A stretch of DNA of 64,000 nt from Carcharhinus longimanus (GCA_030264375.1 JASCQW010000043.1:90202732-90266731), one strand, 5' to 3'; positions 35,521 to 49,896 are shown, counted from the first letter of the stretch. Numbers and translations are program-made. The notes: generated by a model not told the origin, from the letters alone.

Positions 35521-38089
35521 TCCAACACCTCCTTGTCTTCTAGAGGGGATGCATCCCACATGTCCCTGAGTGCAGTATGGCTGTATTAATAGACCACCAA
35601 CATTTACAATTAACTAGTATATCACCTTCCATATTGACTTCAGGATTCAACCCAACTATGCCTGAACAACACAAGTATAATCAGTGGGATGAGAAAACCC
35701 ATTACTATCCATTCAATGATTCTTTAAAACTATCTAAACACAATGGTTTACTTGTTTTGTGCCTACTTACTTTGGCTGATAAATGATGACCGGCTAAAGT
35801 TTAGTGTGAGTTTCAAAAATGTGGGAATAACATACTATACTCAAAAGCAAAACTAATGAATAACAGCTGCATATGCGTAGCATACTTTCATTTTTATTTT
35901 CTTTTAAAACTGCAGCAGTTCTCCATTGAATGCCATACAGTTTTAAACATGGCTTGAAACTCTATTCCCTGTAGATTTGTCCTCTAGCTTGGCTACTCCC
36001 ACAGGCTGCCTATAAAAACTCTAAAACAAGCTGGTCCAATTTCTCCCTTTCCCTTTGCAAATCACATTCCTGCCCATGCAGAACTGGAGTTGGAAATGTA
36101 GCTATTTTTATCATTGAACACCAGTTGCATCAATTGCAGTCCAATCATCATAGACTTATCCATTGTCTTTTAGACATTAAGGATTAATTTCAATGTCTAA
36201 CATCCGATAAGATACTAAGCTGATTCTGTGCAGGACATCCTGAGCCTTATTATTGTGGCTAAGGGAAGTGACCTTTCCATTCCTGCTGTTTCCTCTTGAA
36301 GAGGTAATTTGGTGCCGGCTAAAACTCAGACAAAACTTTACAAAAAAATTACAAAACTGACTGGTTGAGGATAAAAGTACAATACGCAGGTTCAAACATG
36401 ATAAATCTGGCCGCAACTCCCTTTCCTATTCTCACCAACATCTGAATTAAATCCTGTGAAGACTGCTGCCCTGCACAGTTGGGAAACAGTGTGTGAGATT
36501 AGAGATATTAGAAGGGATTACACATTCGCTTCTCGCTTTGACAGAAAGCTACTTTAATTAATGGCAGGGTCAACTAAGTGTGATGAATTAGCTATAAATA
36601 TGCCATAGCGAGGAATAGAGTAGGAGAGCTATTGATAAACAAGGCTTCCCCCTTTACTTAAGGCTTTATGTAAGGAACATTTAATCCTGGAGCTCTAAAG
36701 TCATTTGTAAAAACGCAACAACTCGTTAAAGGTAATCTAGGGTTATATTTTTGGGAACCATATTGGAATATGGCAGGCTCAAGATCACAACTGAACTAAA
36801 ACAGTATTTTAAATTTCAGCAAGTTGTACTTACATACTGCACTTAACATAGGAAAACATTACAAGGCACCTTGTTAAATAATGGCATCAAGCCAAAGAGA
36901 TTCCCATATGATCTACCATCCACTCCTGAGATATGGACTCCCTCCATCAATGCTTCTCGATATTTGGCTCCTACGAATTGTGCAACACTGGTTCAGGATA
37001 ACCAAGTTCCCGTCCTATGCTTCCACGTGGCAGTGGGGTAGAAATTGGCGATGCTCAAGTTATACCTCTGTGTGGTAAGCGCATACGCTGCAGCACAACT
37101 TGCAAAGCGATGACTCTCGAAGGGCTCCGTTTGCCGAAAATGACTCTGACTTCTTCCACCTTGTCAAAAGCTCAACCCAATCATGCCTCGGCAGCTTGCA
37201 ACTGCTTCCCTAACAAAAGTGGAGGAAATGACTGCACCATGTTGATATGTCATCTGCTCAGTATTTTTAAGTGGGGCATTTTAAGCAAGGCTAATTAAGC
37301 AGTGGTAACGCACCACAATCTAGATGTGGAGTAACAAGAAAAATTATATGTGTCAAAAATAAAAAGTAAATTTGTACAAGATTTCCAGTCTCTTGATGCT
37401 GTGAGAGCCACTATACAAATCTAAATTCCTTCATTTTAAATATAGTCTGCAATTGGCGAAAACCAAAATGTATAAAAATATTCATGCAAAGTTTACTCAA
37501 CATCATGGTTTTTTGATACATTTCTAAGTAATTACAAAGTGCATGTGTCTGCTAGAATTGAATTCTATTGAATTTTCTCCATACAGTTCTTAGTAGAAAT
37601 ATATGTTGTGTACACTGTTCTTCAGATACTTCTGCATGCTTAGACATTACACAATTAAGGGCAACCCAACTGGCATGAGGTAGTATTCATGGAAGTAATA
37701 ACATGCAACTGAAGGCCATTTTCATATTGCTATATATAGAATTATGTGGCTCATTGCTATTTTGGGTTTTTAAGGTTTGCCACAGGTTGTGTTTATTACT
37801 CTGCCAATCAACTAACTCCAAGGAAAGTAAAGATATTTATCTGCTCAATATATTTACTGTCTGGAGGTGGTGAGGGAAAGAGAATTATCTTGTTAAAGTA
37901 AGTTTTAAAACCTTTATGCGAATTCAAATAATAACTGGATAAACAGACACAGGCAAAATTTTAACTCATTCAAAACTGCCCACTTGCACAGAATTTAAAA
38001 TTAGGCCCCTATTTCAGAAGACTCCAATATTAATTGAATGGTCAGCCCTAAATCAAGGGGAAATGGTGGGGGCTGTTCGCAAATCCTGG

Positions 38090-41000
38090 AAGTAAAATTC
38101 ACAGGTCAAATTCTCTGATTTTGACTTGATTCAATCACTAGGTTTTCCTTCCAGCTTTCACGTCTATGCAGCAGGCGGGAGGGACAACTCTCACCGTGGA
38201 AATGGGAGGATGAGTTCTGTTGTCCCACAAAGGTGTGATTGGAGGTGATTGAGGAAGCGAACAGAAACATTGTGCCTCAGTCTCGGAGACAACACAGGAA
38301 GTGGTTTAACAACCAAGTCAGGAAAACTGAGTAGGTCAACAGGTTCACCTACAGCCTGTAGTTTTCAAGCCCATCCCGCTGCCAAGCACAATCAAACACA
38401 TCACTCCTCACACCTAGCCAACCTTCACTTTCATGCACTTCCTCACCTCCACTGCTGCCACTCATCCCAATCCTTATGCTCTGTGATGTATCCAAACAAT
38501 AGTCACACTCACCAAATGTACTCTATTCAGTACCTCACCTTCACTCATGGGTCTGTTTTTTTCACCTCTTGGAGAAGACAAGCCAAGATGCAAGGCAGAA
38601 AAAGAGGAATGAAAATGAACCACAGCAAATAGTTTGGCTCATGGATGCAGAGGAGGACACATGGCCACAAAGTGGCACAGTTGGACTACTCTCAATCGGG
38701 GTTGAAGAAACAGGAAAATTGCAGTAGCTGGTGACAGAATTAAAAATATTCCTGATTCACTTATGCTAACTTTTCATCCAGATTGCACCATGAGTATGTG
38801 AGTGCAGTGATTGTCAAGATTGTGACCTTGCCATGACTAAATCATTATCCTGTCCCGTCTTTTAAGGCCTTCACAGTAAGTGTCACTGGAGATGTAAAAC
38901 GACCATCCCTCAGAGGATTTCATTCCTTTAAAGGGTACACCAAACATACGGCTATGCAGATAGGTACACTTTGGCAGGTTCACATACAGCGAGTCGGGTT
39001 TTCATCTACTGATTCACATTTTACAAGAGTGCAGGAGCACGCAGCTTTGGCAGGGACAGGTGAAGAGAGTCTGGGCTGTGGAAGCTGGGGGTGGTGGCAC
39101 AATCCTCTCTAAGCTACACTCAGTTGGACCGACGTCATCATAAAAAAGGAGGACAGTGAGGCATAGGGCGGCAAGGTAGCACTGCTGCTTCACAGCTCCG
39201 GGGACCCGGGTTCGATTCCCGACTTGCACATTCTCTTTGTGTCTGTGTGGGTTTCCTCTGGGTGCTCCGATTTCCTCCCACAGTCTAAAAATGTGTGGGT
39301 TAGGTCAATTGGCTATGCTAAAATTGCCCCTTAGTGTCCTGAGATGCGTCGATTAGAGAGATTAGCAAATAAATATGTGGGGATAGGGCCTGGGTGGTAT
39401 TGTGGTCGGTGCAGACTCAATGGGCTCAGAAACCTGTGGGTGTGAAAAATGCAGTGAGAGCATGCCTGTGAGCAGCCTGCCTGAATCTCTGCTGAAGTCA
39501 CCACGTATGAGCATAAGGACTAGGAGCAGGATTTGGAAATTCAGCCCCACGACTCTGCTCCGCCATTCAATACGATCATGGCTAATCTCATCTCGGCCTC
39601 AAATCCATTTTCCTGCCCATTCTCTGAAACCTGTCAACCCATTACTAATGAACAATCTGTCCATTTCTTCAAATTTACTCAATGTCCCAGCACGCACCAC
39701 ACTCTGGGGTAGTGAATTCCACAGATTCGTGACCCTCTGAGAGAAGCAGTTTCTTCCTTAAATCTGTAGAAGCATCAGGGAGAGTGAGTTGAAGAAATTG
39801 TAATTTATCAAGTGTATGCCTATAGGTTTCTTTTAATTAATGCCACAAAAGATTATTGATTGGCACCACTTCCAAGTCTTGCCCGTTTTTGCCTCTCGCA
39901 TGCCAACTTGCCCATTCACTTATTTAATGATAAATGCTATGAAACAAATGTGACATGGAGGGTTCCACTGGGCAGATGTGCAGTGAAGGGATGAATAGAG
40001 AAGGAGTGAGGCTGACGATGGAGGGGGAATAGGACTGGAACTGGATGGGGGCGGGCAGGGGTAGTTTTTACCTCTTCAGGGTAATTAAGTGAACCTTCGA
40101 TTTATGAGGTCTTCTAGGTGGCAAAATAGTTGGTTTGACAGTGAATGAGTCATCTTTATGCCATACCTGCTTCTCTTCTTCAAACTTTTCCTCATCAGAA
40201 GATATCTTAAGAGTGCTTTTAAGAGTGCCTCAAGAGTGCGGCACTCCCTCAAGAACATGAATTCTTCTCTGCTGTGTAGAGTTACGAAGGACACAATTCA
40301 TCACTGTTATTCTGGAGACTGATGAGAACTGAAGGGAAATTCCAAAACTATTGAGATGTCAGAAGCACATTTTCAACATTCCAATGATTTGCTCAATGAT
40401 ACATTGTCTGTCACATGCCTCTTGTTGCAATGCTATCGTCCTACTGGTGCAGCTCCTCACAGCTGTCACAGGTGAGCAAAGTTTGAAGGGGTTATCCCTT
40501 GTGATCTATGAATCAGCCCCTTCATTTGCTTCCTGGAATGCAATGACATTGGAAGATTGGACTGCCGCAGCATTAAGACATGATGAGAGCTCTCAGAGAA
40601 CCTGGTGCACACTTCAATGAATGGTCCCTTGTGGTTATACAATAATTGCCCACTGATGGAATAAAATCCATTGTGGCTGATAAATCAACCATCCTCAATT
40701 GACAGCAGTGTGTAATCAATGGCACCCTCGAACTCTGGAAAGGCAGCCAGAGCCCTGAATCTGACTGCTCACTCATGCTGGCTATAGTGAGGGAAAGTTC
40801 ATATAAGTTGACATCCTGACATACAATCCATCAGCCTTATACCTTCATTGAGATATCCCTGTTGGCACATTGGTAGGAACCCGAGACAAAGAAATTAATG
40901 GAGGTAGTGACTTTGATAGCAGCAGGTAATACATGGTCACTCAGTTCAGCAGGGAGCAGCTGTTGTCGAAGGACACCGTAGGTGTTTACAAGCATTCTGC

Positions 41001-41796
41001 CACGTCAATCTGAGCCTGCAGAAATACTGCACTCCACACAACTTAAGGAAGCTGAGCTTCTGTCAGCTGGCCCTTTCACATGGGTGCTGCCTCTGCTGAC
41101 CTGGCTCTCCTCTCTGCTCTTCTGACCTCTGTCCTGCGAGCCGTCCTTCTGAGCACCTGCTAAATCTATCAAAGAACGTTGTTACTGCAATGGCTGCTGA
41201 TTATCTTCCTCATCCAATGTTGTGTAAAATATCCATGTGCCTCCCATTCTGCTGCAATCTGTTTGAAAGCCTCTAATCTTTTCCAAAATCTCCATGCTGA
41301 CAGGAAGTTTCTGTGAAACGTTTGCCAGAGCAAGCTGACAAAGTAGCTGTAAGGACTGCGCCTTTATTGAGTTTGGACAGTCTGGAGTCGAGCGATCCAT
41401 ACGAGGTGACCTAAGGCTTGCTCTCTTATCACTACATTTTCCCAAGCCTTGACATCCTGGAGACATGAAACTGAACTGCCTGTTTAATTCAATTGTAGAT
41501 CCCCTGGTTACCATGTGTTGATGATTTTAACAGCTGTGTTAATTAGCAGCCAGCCTATCTTAATGATCGTAATGACTTCAGTGAGCAGGTACCTCTGCAT
41601 GGAGCCAAACAGGCCCCTGTTCATTAACATGTTAGAGCCTGACTGTGTTTCTCATTAAACTTTCTTCAAATTTTACTTCCTACTTGATCCCAACCCACCT
41701 GATCTTGGCAGTTAAATTTCCAATCTCCCCCCCCCGACACTCCCTCGGCCAACTACCCTGAATATGACCCACGCTGTTTTTCAAAAAAATCAGGCA
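38090..41796. mobile_element. Second, older PIF/Harbinger transposon remnant in acer2 intron 4
   Basis: Minus strand about 40480-40770 reads AAFPEFEGAIDYT...FISHNGFYSISGQLLYNH..EVCTRFSESSHH..LRQSNLP, a degenerate GFPxxxGAIDCTH/NRKGFHS/GSxHD transposase core. A weak Myb-partner-like remnant lies on the plus strand at about 38570. Boundaries are approximate. Confidence 0.6.
39166..39760. mobile_element. HE1 SINE (+, 39166-39425) and CR1 3' end (-, 39510-39760) nested in the Harbinger remnant
   Basis: HE1 head gggacccgggttcgattccc; reversed CR1 tail cataaggactaggagcagg...actctggggtagtgaattccacagattc. Confidence 0.8.
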
Positions 41797-42484
41797 TTAC
41801 ATATTTCAAAGTTGTTCCGCAGTCTGTCTGTTTTCAGTAGCAGGGTGTTCTAAAATAATAACGTACCACACCCACATGGTCCTGACAAGAGAAACAGATA
41901 AGCAGATTCTGGGAAAAGAGGCAAATGTTGTGAGTTCAACTTTCTTCCTCCAGCACTATTTGTTTTGTACACGGTGTGCCAAGAGAAATGAAGTGGTGAA
42001 ATTGCTTTTTTTATTTGCAATGCTTTGAATCACAAGGTTGCATTTGGAATGTCTGTGAGGAAATGTGTCTCATAAAGCTCTGGCAAAGGCCCTCATTTTG
42101 CAGTTTGCAGATTAAAGTGGCATCAACTGCCCATACGATATTGATATGCAGAGAAGACTTTTCTCTTCTTCACGCTGCATAGATAGGAATATCTTTATGC
42201 CAATTCGCCAATCTTCATGAAGAAATGTACACGCTGCATAATTCTGGTACATTGTGTGAAAAGCCAACGAATTGTATGAACATGTTAACCCTGAAATATT
42301 ATGGTGCCCTAGAAAATGAACAGATTTTGCTATGCAAGGACAGGATAAATATCGTGGGTATTTTGACCTTGTGCAATAGTAAATGGAAATAAATATAGAT
42401 GAAGATATAAAATGGCCTGCAATTTTACACAATCAGAATAAAATTTATCTTTTTGAGTAATTTACATTACAATAACATTAGAGG

Positions 42485-42746
42485 TGTGGTAGTGTGGCTC
42501 CTTTAATGAACAATCCTTCACCAGCCAAGTGACCAGGTCAGAACCAATGGGGTGTGAATGAGCAAACCTGGGCCACTTGGGAGTGAGGACATGTGTTCCT
42601 GTTGGAAGGTTTCAATTGGAGTCAGGGCATTGTCAGGAGTAGATCTGCATAGTTTGCTGTTGAACCCTTAATTGTGTATAGTTCTTCCCAGTCAATAAAT
42701 CTTTTAGTTTGTTACTAGCCACATTGAATTGCCTCAAGCTACCACA
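42485..42746 (+). mobile_element. 5' LTR of a Gypsy element
   Basis: 8-bp terminal inverted repeat TGTGGTAG...CTACCACA, AATAAA at about 42694, immediately followed by a PBS-like CTGGCAATGAG (compare TGGCGACGAG) and then gag. Confidence 0.85.
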
Positions 42747-45485
42747 CTGGCAATGAGTGCAGAGCTAGATGGGGAGGAGAATGATCACTTGAAATTCAAA
42801 GGAGAAAAGGGTCAGATTTTGTTTTAAACTTGCCCGTATTGGAGAAATGAGAGCTGGGGGCAGTACACTGAGAAACTGCATTTTTTTCTGCAGTGAACAA
42901 AACAACAACAAAAGAAAAGCAGAAGGTGATCGTGCTCACAGTTTGCAGTCCATACACTTACAATCTGGTGAGAAATTCAACATCATCTGAAGTTCCAGCC
43001 CACAAAAACCTTCTATGTTATCATGCAAAGGTACAAATTTCATTCTGCTGTTAGGGATCCAGGAGAGACTTCGACAGCTGGCTGAGCAAGGTGAGTTCAA
43101 ACATTCATTGGAAGACATGTTGAGGGACCGTTTGGTTTGTGGGATCAACAACCTCAACATCCGAAAGAAGCTGCTTGCTGAAACCGAGATTTCACTAGAA
43201 AAAGCAGCAGAGAGAGCCCAAGCGACTGTGTGCGCTAAGCAAGGCATGTGTGAGCTACAAGGTGCAGAGAATGAGGTGAACCAATTGTGGCGGACATCAG
43301 CTGTTGCTGGGAACAGAGCAAGTGAGGGCACAGCGGGGCCTGAGACAAGTTGTTCAGCACCAGGGTCTGAGCCACGTGTTCAGAGTGGGGAAGATCACAC
43401 CCAAAAGATGGGCTAGTGCAGAATTCTATCTGCTTCAGATGCAAAAACAAGGGTCACCTGCAAGCTAGGTGTAAAGTGAAACGCACCACAGTGAACACTA
43501 CAATTCTTATAAATAAGCTGGAGGAGGAACCAAAGGAGGGATCTGAGACTTATACATTCAATAAGGTCCAACTTCACAAGACATCTCCCTAGTGATTGTT
43601 TTAATAGTTAATAACCACCCCCTGAAAATGGAAGTTGACACTGACACTGCTGCCACAATCATAGGTGAAAAAACATTCAAACATCTACAGAAGGGACTGC
43701 AACCCTTAAGTCTTAGCCATTCTGGGGCTACTTTAGTGACAGACACTGGAGAGACACTAAAAATAGTGGGGACAATCTCTGTGCCTATACCTGATGGGAA
43801 CCAATTACCAATCATGATGACCAATGAACAGAAACCCAGTCTCCTGCAAGGGGACTGGTTAAAACAAATAAAATTGAACCACTGGCCGGAAATAGTTAAT
43901 GTCCAGGATAGGGGAATTCAAAGAGCTCTGATGTAAATATTCCAGAGAGAACTTAATTAGATAGAGAGGGTTAAAGCAAAAATTTACCTAAACCCTGAGG
44001 CTACACTAAGTTTTNNNNNNNNNNNNNNNNNNNNNNNNNNNNNNNNNNNNNNNNNNNNNNNNNNNNNNNNNNNNNNNNNNNNNNNNNNNNNNNNNNNNNN
44101 NNNNNNNNNNNNNNNNNNNNNNNNNNNNNNNNNNNNNNNNNNNNNNNNNNNNNNNNNNNNNNNNNNNNNNNNNNNCTTATTGAATGGCGGGGCAGGCTCG
44201 AGGGGCTAGATGGCCTACTCCTGCTCCTATTTCTTATGTTCTTATGTTAAATTATCAGGAGGCCTCAAATATATTAAGCTAGACTTCAGTCATGCTGATT
44301 GACAGCTGAAACTGGAAGAGGACTCTGGAGAAAGTTAGTTATAGTAAATACCCATAGGGGTTGTATCAGTACACCTGATTGCCACTTAGTGTCTTGTCAG
44401 CCTGTGCCATTTTTCAGCACACTATGGAGACCCTATTATAGGGAATCTTCAAAGTGGGGGTATATTTGAACAATGTCTTGTTTACAGGTGCGTCTCCTGC
44501 AGGACTTGTTGCAAACCTGGAAGACATCCAAAATAGGTTGACATACATTTGAAATGTGAGAAATGTACTTTCAAGCTGCTGAGTTTATGTATCTTGGTTT
44601 TGAAATGGGTGCAAAGGAGTTACATCCCCTCAAAGACAAGGTGAAAGCTATTACAGGAATGCCGGCACCGAGGAATGTGATGGAATTGAAGTCCTTCCTA
44701 GAATGGTCAATTACTATTGAAGGATCCAGACTTGATACGTTGGCTCTATTCTCTCTCCACAGACGCTGTCAGACATGCTGAGATTTTCCAGCACTTTCTG
44801 TTCTTGTTGTTCAAGCTACTATTAGTCACTTGTGACACCTCGTCACAGAATTGGAGCAGTTCTATTGCACAGAATGCAGATGTGATGGAGAGGCCAATTG
44901 CATTTTCCTCGAGGGCTTGGTTAAACGCTGAGAAAAGATACTACAAATCGACATGATGGCACAGGTGGTTAGTACTGCTGCGTCACAGCACCAGGGAGCT
45001 GGGTTCAATTCCAGCCTCGGGTCACTGTCTGCCCTGGGGTTTGCACGTTTTCCCCATGTCTGCATGAGTTTCCTCCCGGTGCTCCCGTTTCCACCCACAG
45101 TCCAAAGATGTGCAGGTTAGGTGGGTTGGCCATGCTAAATTGCCCCTTGGTGTCAGGGAGATAGGTGGGGTGAATGCACGGGGTTGCTGGGGTAGGGCCT
45201 GGATGGAATTGTTGTCAGTGTAGACTTGATCGGCCGTATGGCCTCCTTGTGCATTGTAGGGATCTACGAAAACCTCAGTCATTTACGCTGTGATGGCATT
45301 TCACAATCGTGTTAGATCATAATCCATTTTCAGGGCTTTTCTGGGAGAATGAGCCAATTCTGTCAATTGCTTCAGCCAAGGTGCAAAGCTGGGCCTTGTG
45401 GCTGGTAGCAAACAGCAATACTTTCCAGCATAGGCTGGGACACACAGATCTCAAATGCAAATGCACTTAGCCATCTCTCACTGCA
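42747..45485 (+). pseudogene. Gypsy gag-pol remnant (gag, Zn knuckle, protease, RT, RNase H)
   Basis: LRQLAEQGEF..LEDMLRDRLVCGI; CFRCKNKGHLQARC (CCHC); MEVDTDTAATII (DTG changed to DTD); NTHRGLYQY..AIFQ..VYLNNV (YLDD changed to YLNN); ERPIAFSSR..NAEKRY. Many stops. No integrase or 3' LTR recognised. Confidence 0.92.
44953..45265 (+). mobile_element. HE1-type SINE inserted into the Gypsy RNase H region
   Basis: Full HE1 copy from tggcacaggtggttagtactgctgc to ctccttgtgcattgtagggatctacga. Confidence 0.88.
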
Positions 45486-47329
45486 CTGAATAACATATCA
45501 TTATCATGCCCTTAGGCCTGAATCATCCCCATCCTACCTTCAGGAAATCCATTTATATCAGTGCAATGGCAGAACACAACCAGCTTCCCAGAGCATACAC
45601 CTGGCGAGCAGACCACCCAGGGGAGCTCAGGTGAGTGCATCACTCAGGGAAAGAGAGTTACACCCTGGCATAGCCCATGTAGTGCCAGGGGGAGTGGCAG
45701 CAGGTTCCAGGTTGAAACTCTGTGCTGGGATGGCCTTTAATAAGGTGCCTCGATCCTTGAGTTACCAAATTGCTGGCAGGGCTGGCAAATCAGAAGCCGT
45801 TCTGTCAGCGATACACCATGGGATACCACTCCCCACCCCCACAACTTTATGTTTTTTCTCCCCAAATCTTGCACAGAGAAAAAGCTGCCATTGATATCAG
45901 TGACTTCAACGCCTCTTCTCCCATCCACTGTCAGTCTTTCCCAATTTCTGCAAAAAATCTCACTCAAAATCCTTCATGTTCCTCCTGTTAATTGAATTAG
46001 AAGTAGTCATTGGAAAAGATCTAGAAACAAGCTTTCCTCCTCCCTATTCAGATTGAGAACAGTATGGGAATATCCAAAACTGGAAAAGAATTGAAGGAGG
46101 CTGGAGGAAAGACAATAAACATTAATTTACTAGAGTGAAGCTCCACATTTAAGCTTCAAAATGCATTTGTAATCCAGGGCCAAAATGTAGTCATAAATCC
46201 CACCACAGGTTCACTCAAAGCTAAAAGCCATGCTAGAAATTTAATTTGTAGATTCTTACTGTAATAATGATAGCATGGTTCATTGCAGATTACTGAGAGC
46301 TGCATTAATATTGGCTAACATATGGAAGGCAATTATGTGCCACAAAAGCGATTTTATATACATCTGTGCTTCTTGATGACAGAGTATTAAACATCTGTGC
46401 CAGCCTCCTGAACCCGGGGTGTGGGAGAGAGGGCTTGCTGGAGACTGGGTCAGTCGCTGATCTGTCTTCCAAATGGACCGAAGCCAAGAGATAATTGGGC
46501 TTGCTGTAGCAGATAGTCTCAAAGCTGCCACCTGCTTTGTACCAGGTGGAATATTAAGTCCAACCAAACTTTGGTGTTATCCAGTCAGTGACTGACGCAT
46601 TTTCATGTTAGCAGAAAGCCAAATGTCCCACCCAGTCTGACTTAAATGTTAAAGATGACGTGACCAAGCAGCTGAACCCTGGGGATGTTAACAGTTACAG
46701 AGGCGGGTTGAGATGAAGTTGGTCTTGGTTGGTAACAATTGGTGATTTGGCAGTCCAGTTGGTTCAAATGAAAAAGAAAACATTGCAGCATGTAAAACAG
46801 GCTGCCAATTCATTAACCAAGACTAATTCCACTGCCATGCTGATCACAGTTCCGCCTTCCCTGTGTATGTGCAAGGAGTACCAATTATACCAATGGTATA
46901 GTTCAGGTCAGTTACACATTGTACCCCACAGATATCTGCAAACAAAAGTATCCATTGTACTACAAGATATTTACCTCACACTTCTCTAGCCTGTAGGCAC
47001 ACATTTCCCATTCACTCAGCTGGCTAGTTTTCCTGTTCCCAGCCTTTCCTCAATCCTGCTAGCGATCACTGTGAGTTGATGACCTATCCAGCTGTGCAGA
47101 ACCTATTTCTCATTGTTTGCTAGATAACACAACTGAGAAAATAATTTAACTTTGTGACTATTTAGTGAGCTAAGAAAAGGCCATTCTGCCCAACCTGGCA
47201 TGCCATTCTGCTAGATCTCATCTCCGAGTTAAAGGTTTCTAGGTTCAAGACCCACTCCAAGACTTAAGTATAAAAATCAAGCTTGGCACCGCAATATAAT
47301 GCTGAAGGAATGCTGCACTGAATTTCAAT

Positions 47330-47920
47330 TTTCAGGTTGATTTCCGAGTTATTCCTCCATGGTCTGCCCTTTCTTATCTCTGTATTCTTCTCCACACCAA
47401 AACCCTCCAAAATGTTTGTATTCTGCTAGTTCTGGGTTTTTGTTCATTCTCAATAATTTCTTCACTATCAGTGGCCGTGCCATCAGTTGCCTCAGCCCCA
47501 AGCTCTGGAATTCCCTCTCTGCACATCGCTACATTTCTACGTCACTTTCCTCCTTTCAAACACTCCATAAAAACCTTTCTCTTTGTGGTGATTGTCCCCT
47601 TAGCAGAAGGTCACCTGGCTTGATGGATCAATTGGGACTGAAAGTGGGTAATACCCCAGTGGGTGGAGTCCTCTTTGGCACAAGAAAGTGTGAAGACATA
47701 TGGAAGACATGTCAGTACTGGGGCAGTGGGTAGGCTGTTAGAGCTTTTCCTTGTTAAATACCCTTTGTGTTCCTGGCGAAGTCTGTAGCATGCATCGTAA
47801 CACTCATAAATTAACTTTTTGGTTGTCTGACCTAATATCTCCTGATGTAGTTTAATGTCATTTTTTATAATGCACCTATGAAATGTATTTCATTATGTTA
47901 AAGGCATAATACAAATATAC
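47330..47920 (+). mobile_element. L2 LINE 3' end (degenerate, interrupted)
   Basis: ggccgtgccatcagttgcctcagccccaagctctggaattccctc encodes GRAISCLSPKLWNSL; tail ttatgttaaaggcataatacaaat. Confidence 0.6.
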
Positions 47921-48159
47921 CTATAAAAAGCTGAATATTTGAGACCAAATTTTTGATATGTTTTTTTATTTTATTTTGATTATTTATTTTATTTTACTTT
48001 AGCCAAGAAGTAGGCGGTCAACTTATACATAAATATATTTTTGAGGGGGTTGAAGTCTACCTTCTCTCTATCTGTTTAAGGCTATTCATTAGCTGATCAC
48101 AGAGCTGCCAGGTTGGAGACAGTTCCCACTAACTCTACCTACAAAAATTGCATGTGGGA

Positions 48160-48750
48160 AGTGGTGGCACAGTGGTATTGTCGCTGGACCAGTAATCCAG
48201 AGAGCCAGGTTAATGCTCTGGGACCTAGATTCGAATCCCACCATGGTAACTGATGAAATTTAAACTCAGTAAAGCGGGTCTTTACCTGGTCTGGCCTACA
48301 TGTGACTCAAGACCCACAGTAATGTGATTGACTCTTAAATGCCCTCTTGAAATGGCCTAGCAAGCCACTCAATTCAAGGGCAACTAGGGATGGGTAACAA
48401 ACATTGGCCTTGTCTGACCCTAAGTGAAAAATGGGCAAGAAAACCTCCTGTTGATTACCACATTCCATCCCCCCTCAGCTGAATCAGTACTCCTCCATGT
48501 TGAACACTACTTGGGGGAAGCACTGAGGCAAGGACGCCTTACTGGGGAGACTTCAATATCTGTCCCCAAGAATGGCTTTGTAGTACCACCACAGATCAAA
48601 CTGGCTGCTAGACTGGGACAATGGGAGGTGATGAGACAACAAGTGGAAAAAACATATTTGACCTCATCCTTACTAACCTACCTGCTGCTGATGCATCATG
48701 ACAATATAGATAGGAATGACCACTACACAGTCCTAGTAGAGACAAAATCC
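48160..48750 (+). mobile_element. tRNA-headed SINE (48160-48430) followed by a LINE endonuclease-domain fragment
   Basis: SINE as at 11925, then GQENLLLITTFHPPSAESVLLHVEHYLGEALR..GDFN-like APE endonuclease motifs. Confidence 0.7.
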
Positions 48751-49214
48751 TGGAATTCTCTCCCCCACCCTGATATTAGCCCACACAGCTGCTGGGCTAC
48801 CTGCTTGGTGTGGGCCTTACATTGACGCAGGTAAAATAGTGACAGGAGCAGGGTGAGGCAGTTAAATGGGAATTAGTTGGCCACTGCAGGATCTCAGTAG
48901 GCCCAAGGGCAGGCAGGCTGCCTGACACCTTCCTCGCCCACTGTAACATGGGAGGTTAAGTGGCAGCGGCCAACCACACCTCCCCCCCCTTTAAACCCAC
49001 TGGCAGGACACAGCTGTGGCAGATGACCATCCAAGGAAATTCACAACATGTATCCTCAGGTCGTTCTCGATCCACAAGTTTCATTGAAAATTTGGATATT
49101 GTACAATCACAGCTTTAATAATCAAGGATTCATAACTGCTGGATAGGTATGGTTTTAGTGAATCTAACAACAGGGAGATGAAGAATCCTTTTGCCTCATT
49201 TGTGCTTGAGGCCA

Positions 49215-49743
49215 GGGGCTGAAGTTTTAAGCTCACCCCAGGTCAGAACAGTGGTGGACAGGAATGAAAATCCTGCCACTAGTCGTTTCTATCTGTTGCT
49301 GGCACTGGCCATTTTTGCTGGTTAGGCTCATTAAGAAGCTTGTTAACTGCACTCAGAAGAGGCCGAGTGAGATTTTCCAGTTAGCCTCTAGTTTCCTAAC
49401 GTGACTAGGGGGAATTTGACTGCTGAGATGCAGGTGCTCTGTGGCATGCCAGCCAAGGACCACCCTGTAGGGGGAATCCACTCTCCACCCTTCCAATGTG
49501 GTGCCTTGACTGCTGGATATGCTCTTTATTTAAAAATGGTGGTGAGAGGGGATTTTCATTTTGAAGCACCCACTCAGCTCCTTACCCTATACTGCTACTC
49601 TCAACTTGGAAGACCCTCCACCTGTCTCTGTGCCAATTAAGGGGGTATCTCCGTGAAAATCCCAAAAGGGTGATCATTTCACCTCAAGAACCAGAAACAG
49701 TCCCAACACCTGTTTGCTGCCAACAAGGCAAAAATTCAGCCCC
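49215..49743. mobile_element. Harbinger-type MITE
   Basis: TIRs GGGGCTGAAGTTTT ... AAAATTCAGCCCC; about 530 bp; non-coding interior. Confidence 0.7.
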
Positions 49744-49896
49744 ACATATATGATTACAGAATTGATGTTACTGGTGTAAAAAAAAAATGAACCTGCATAT
49801 AAGAACTGATAAATGTATGAATACAATCAATCAATTTGAGCAAGAGGTATCACTTACTGCTTAGAGGAGCAGTTATATTTGTTTGTAATGACNNNN

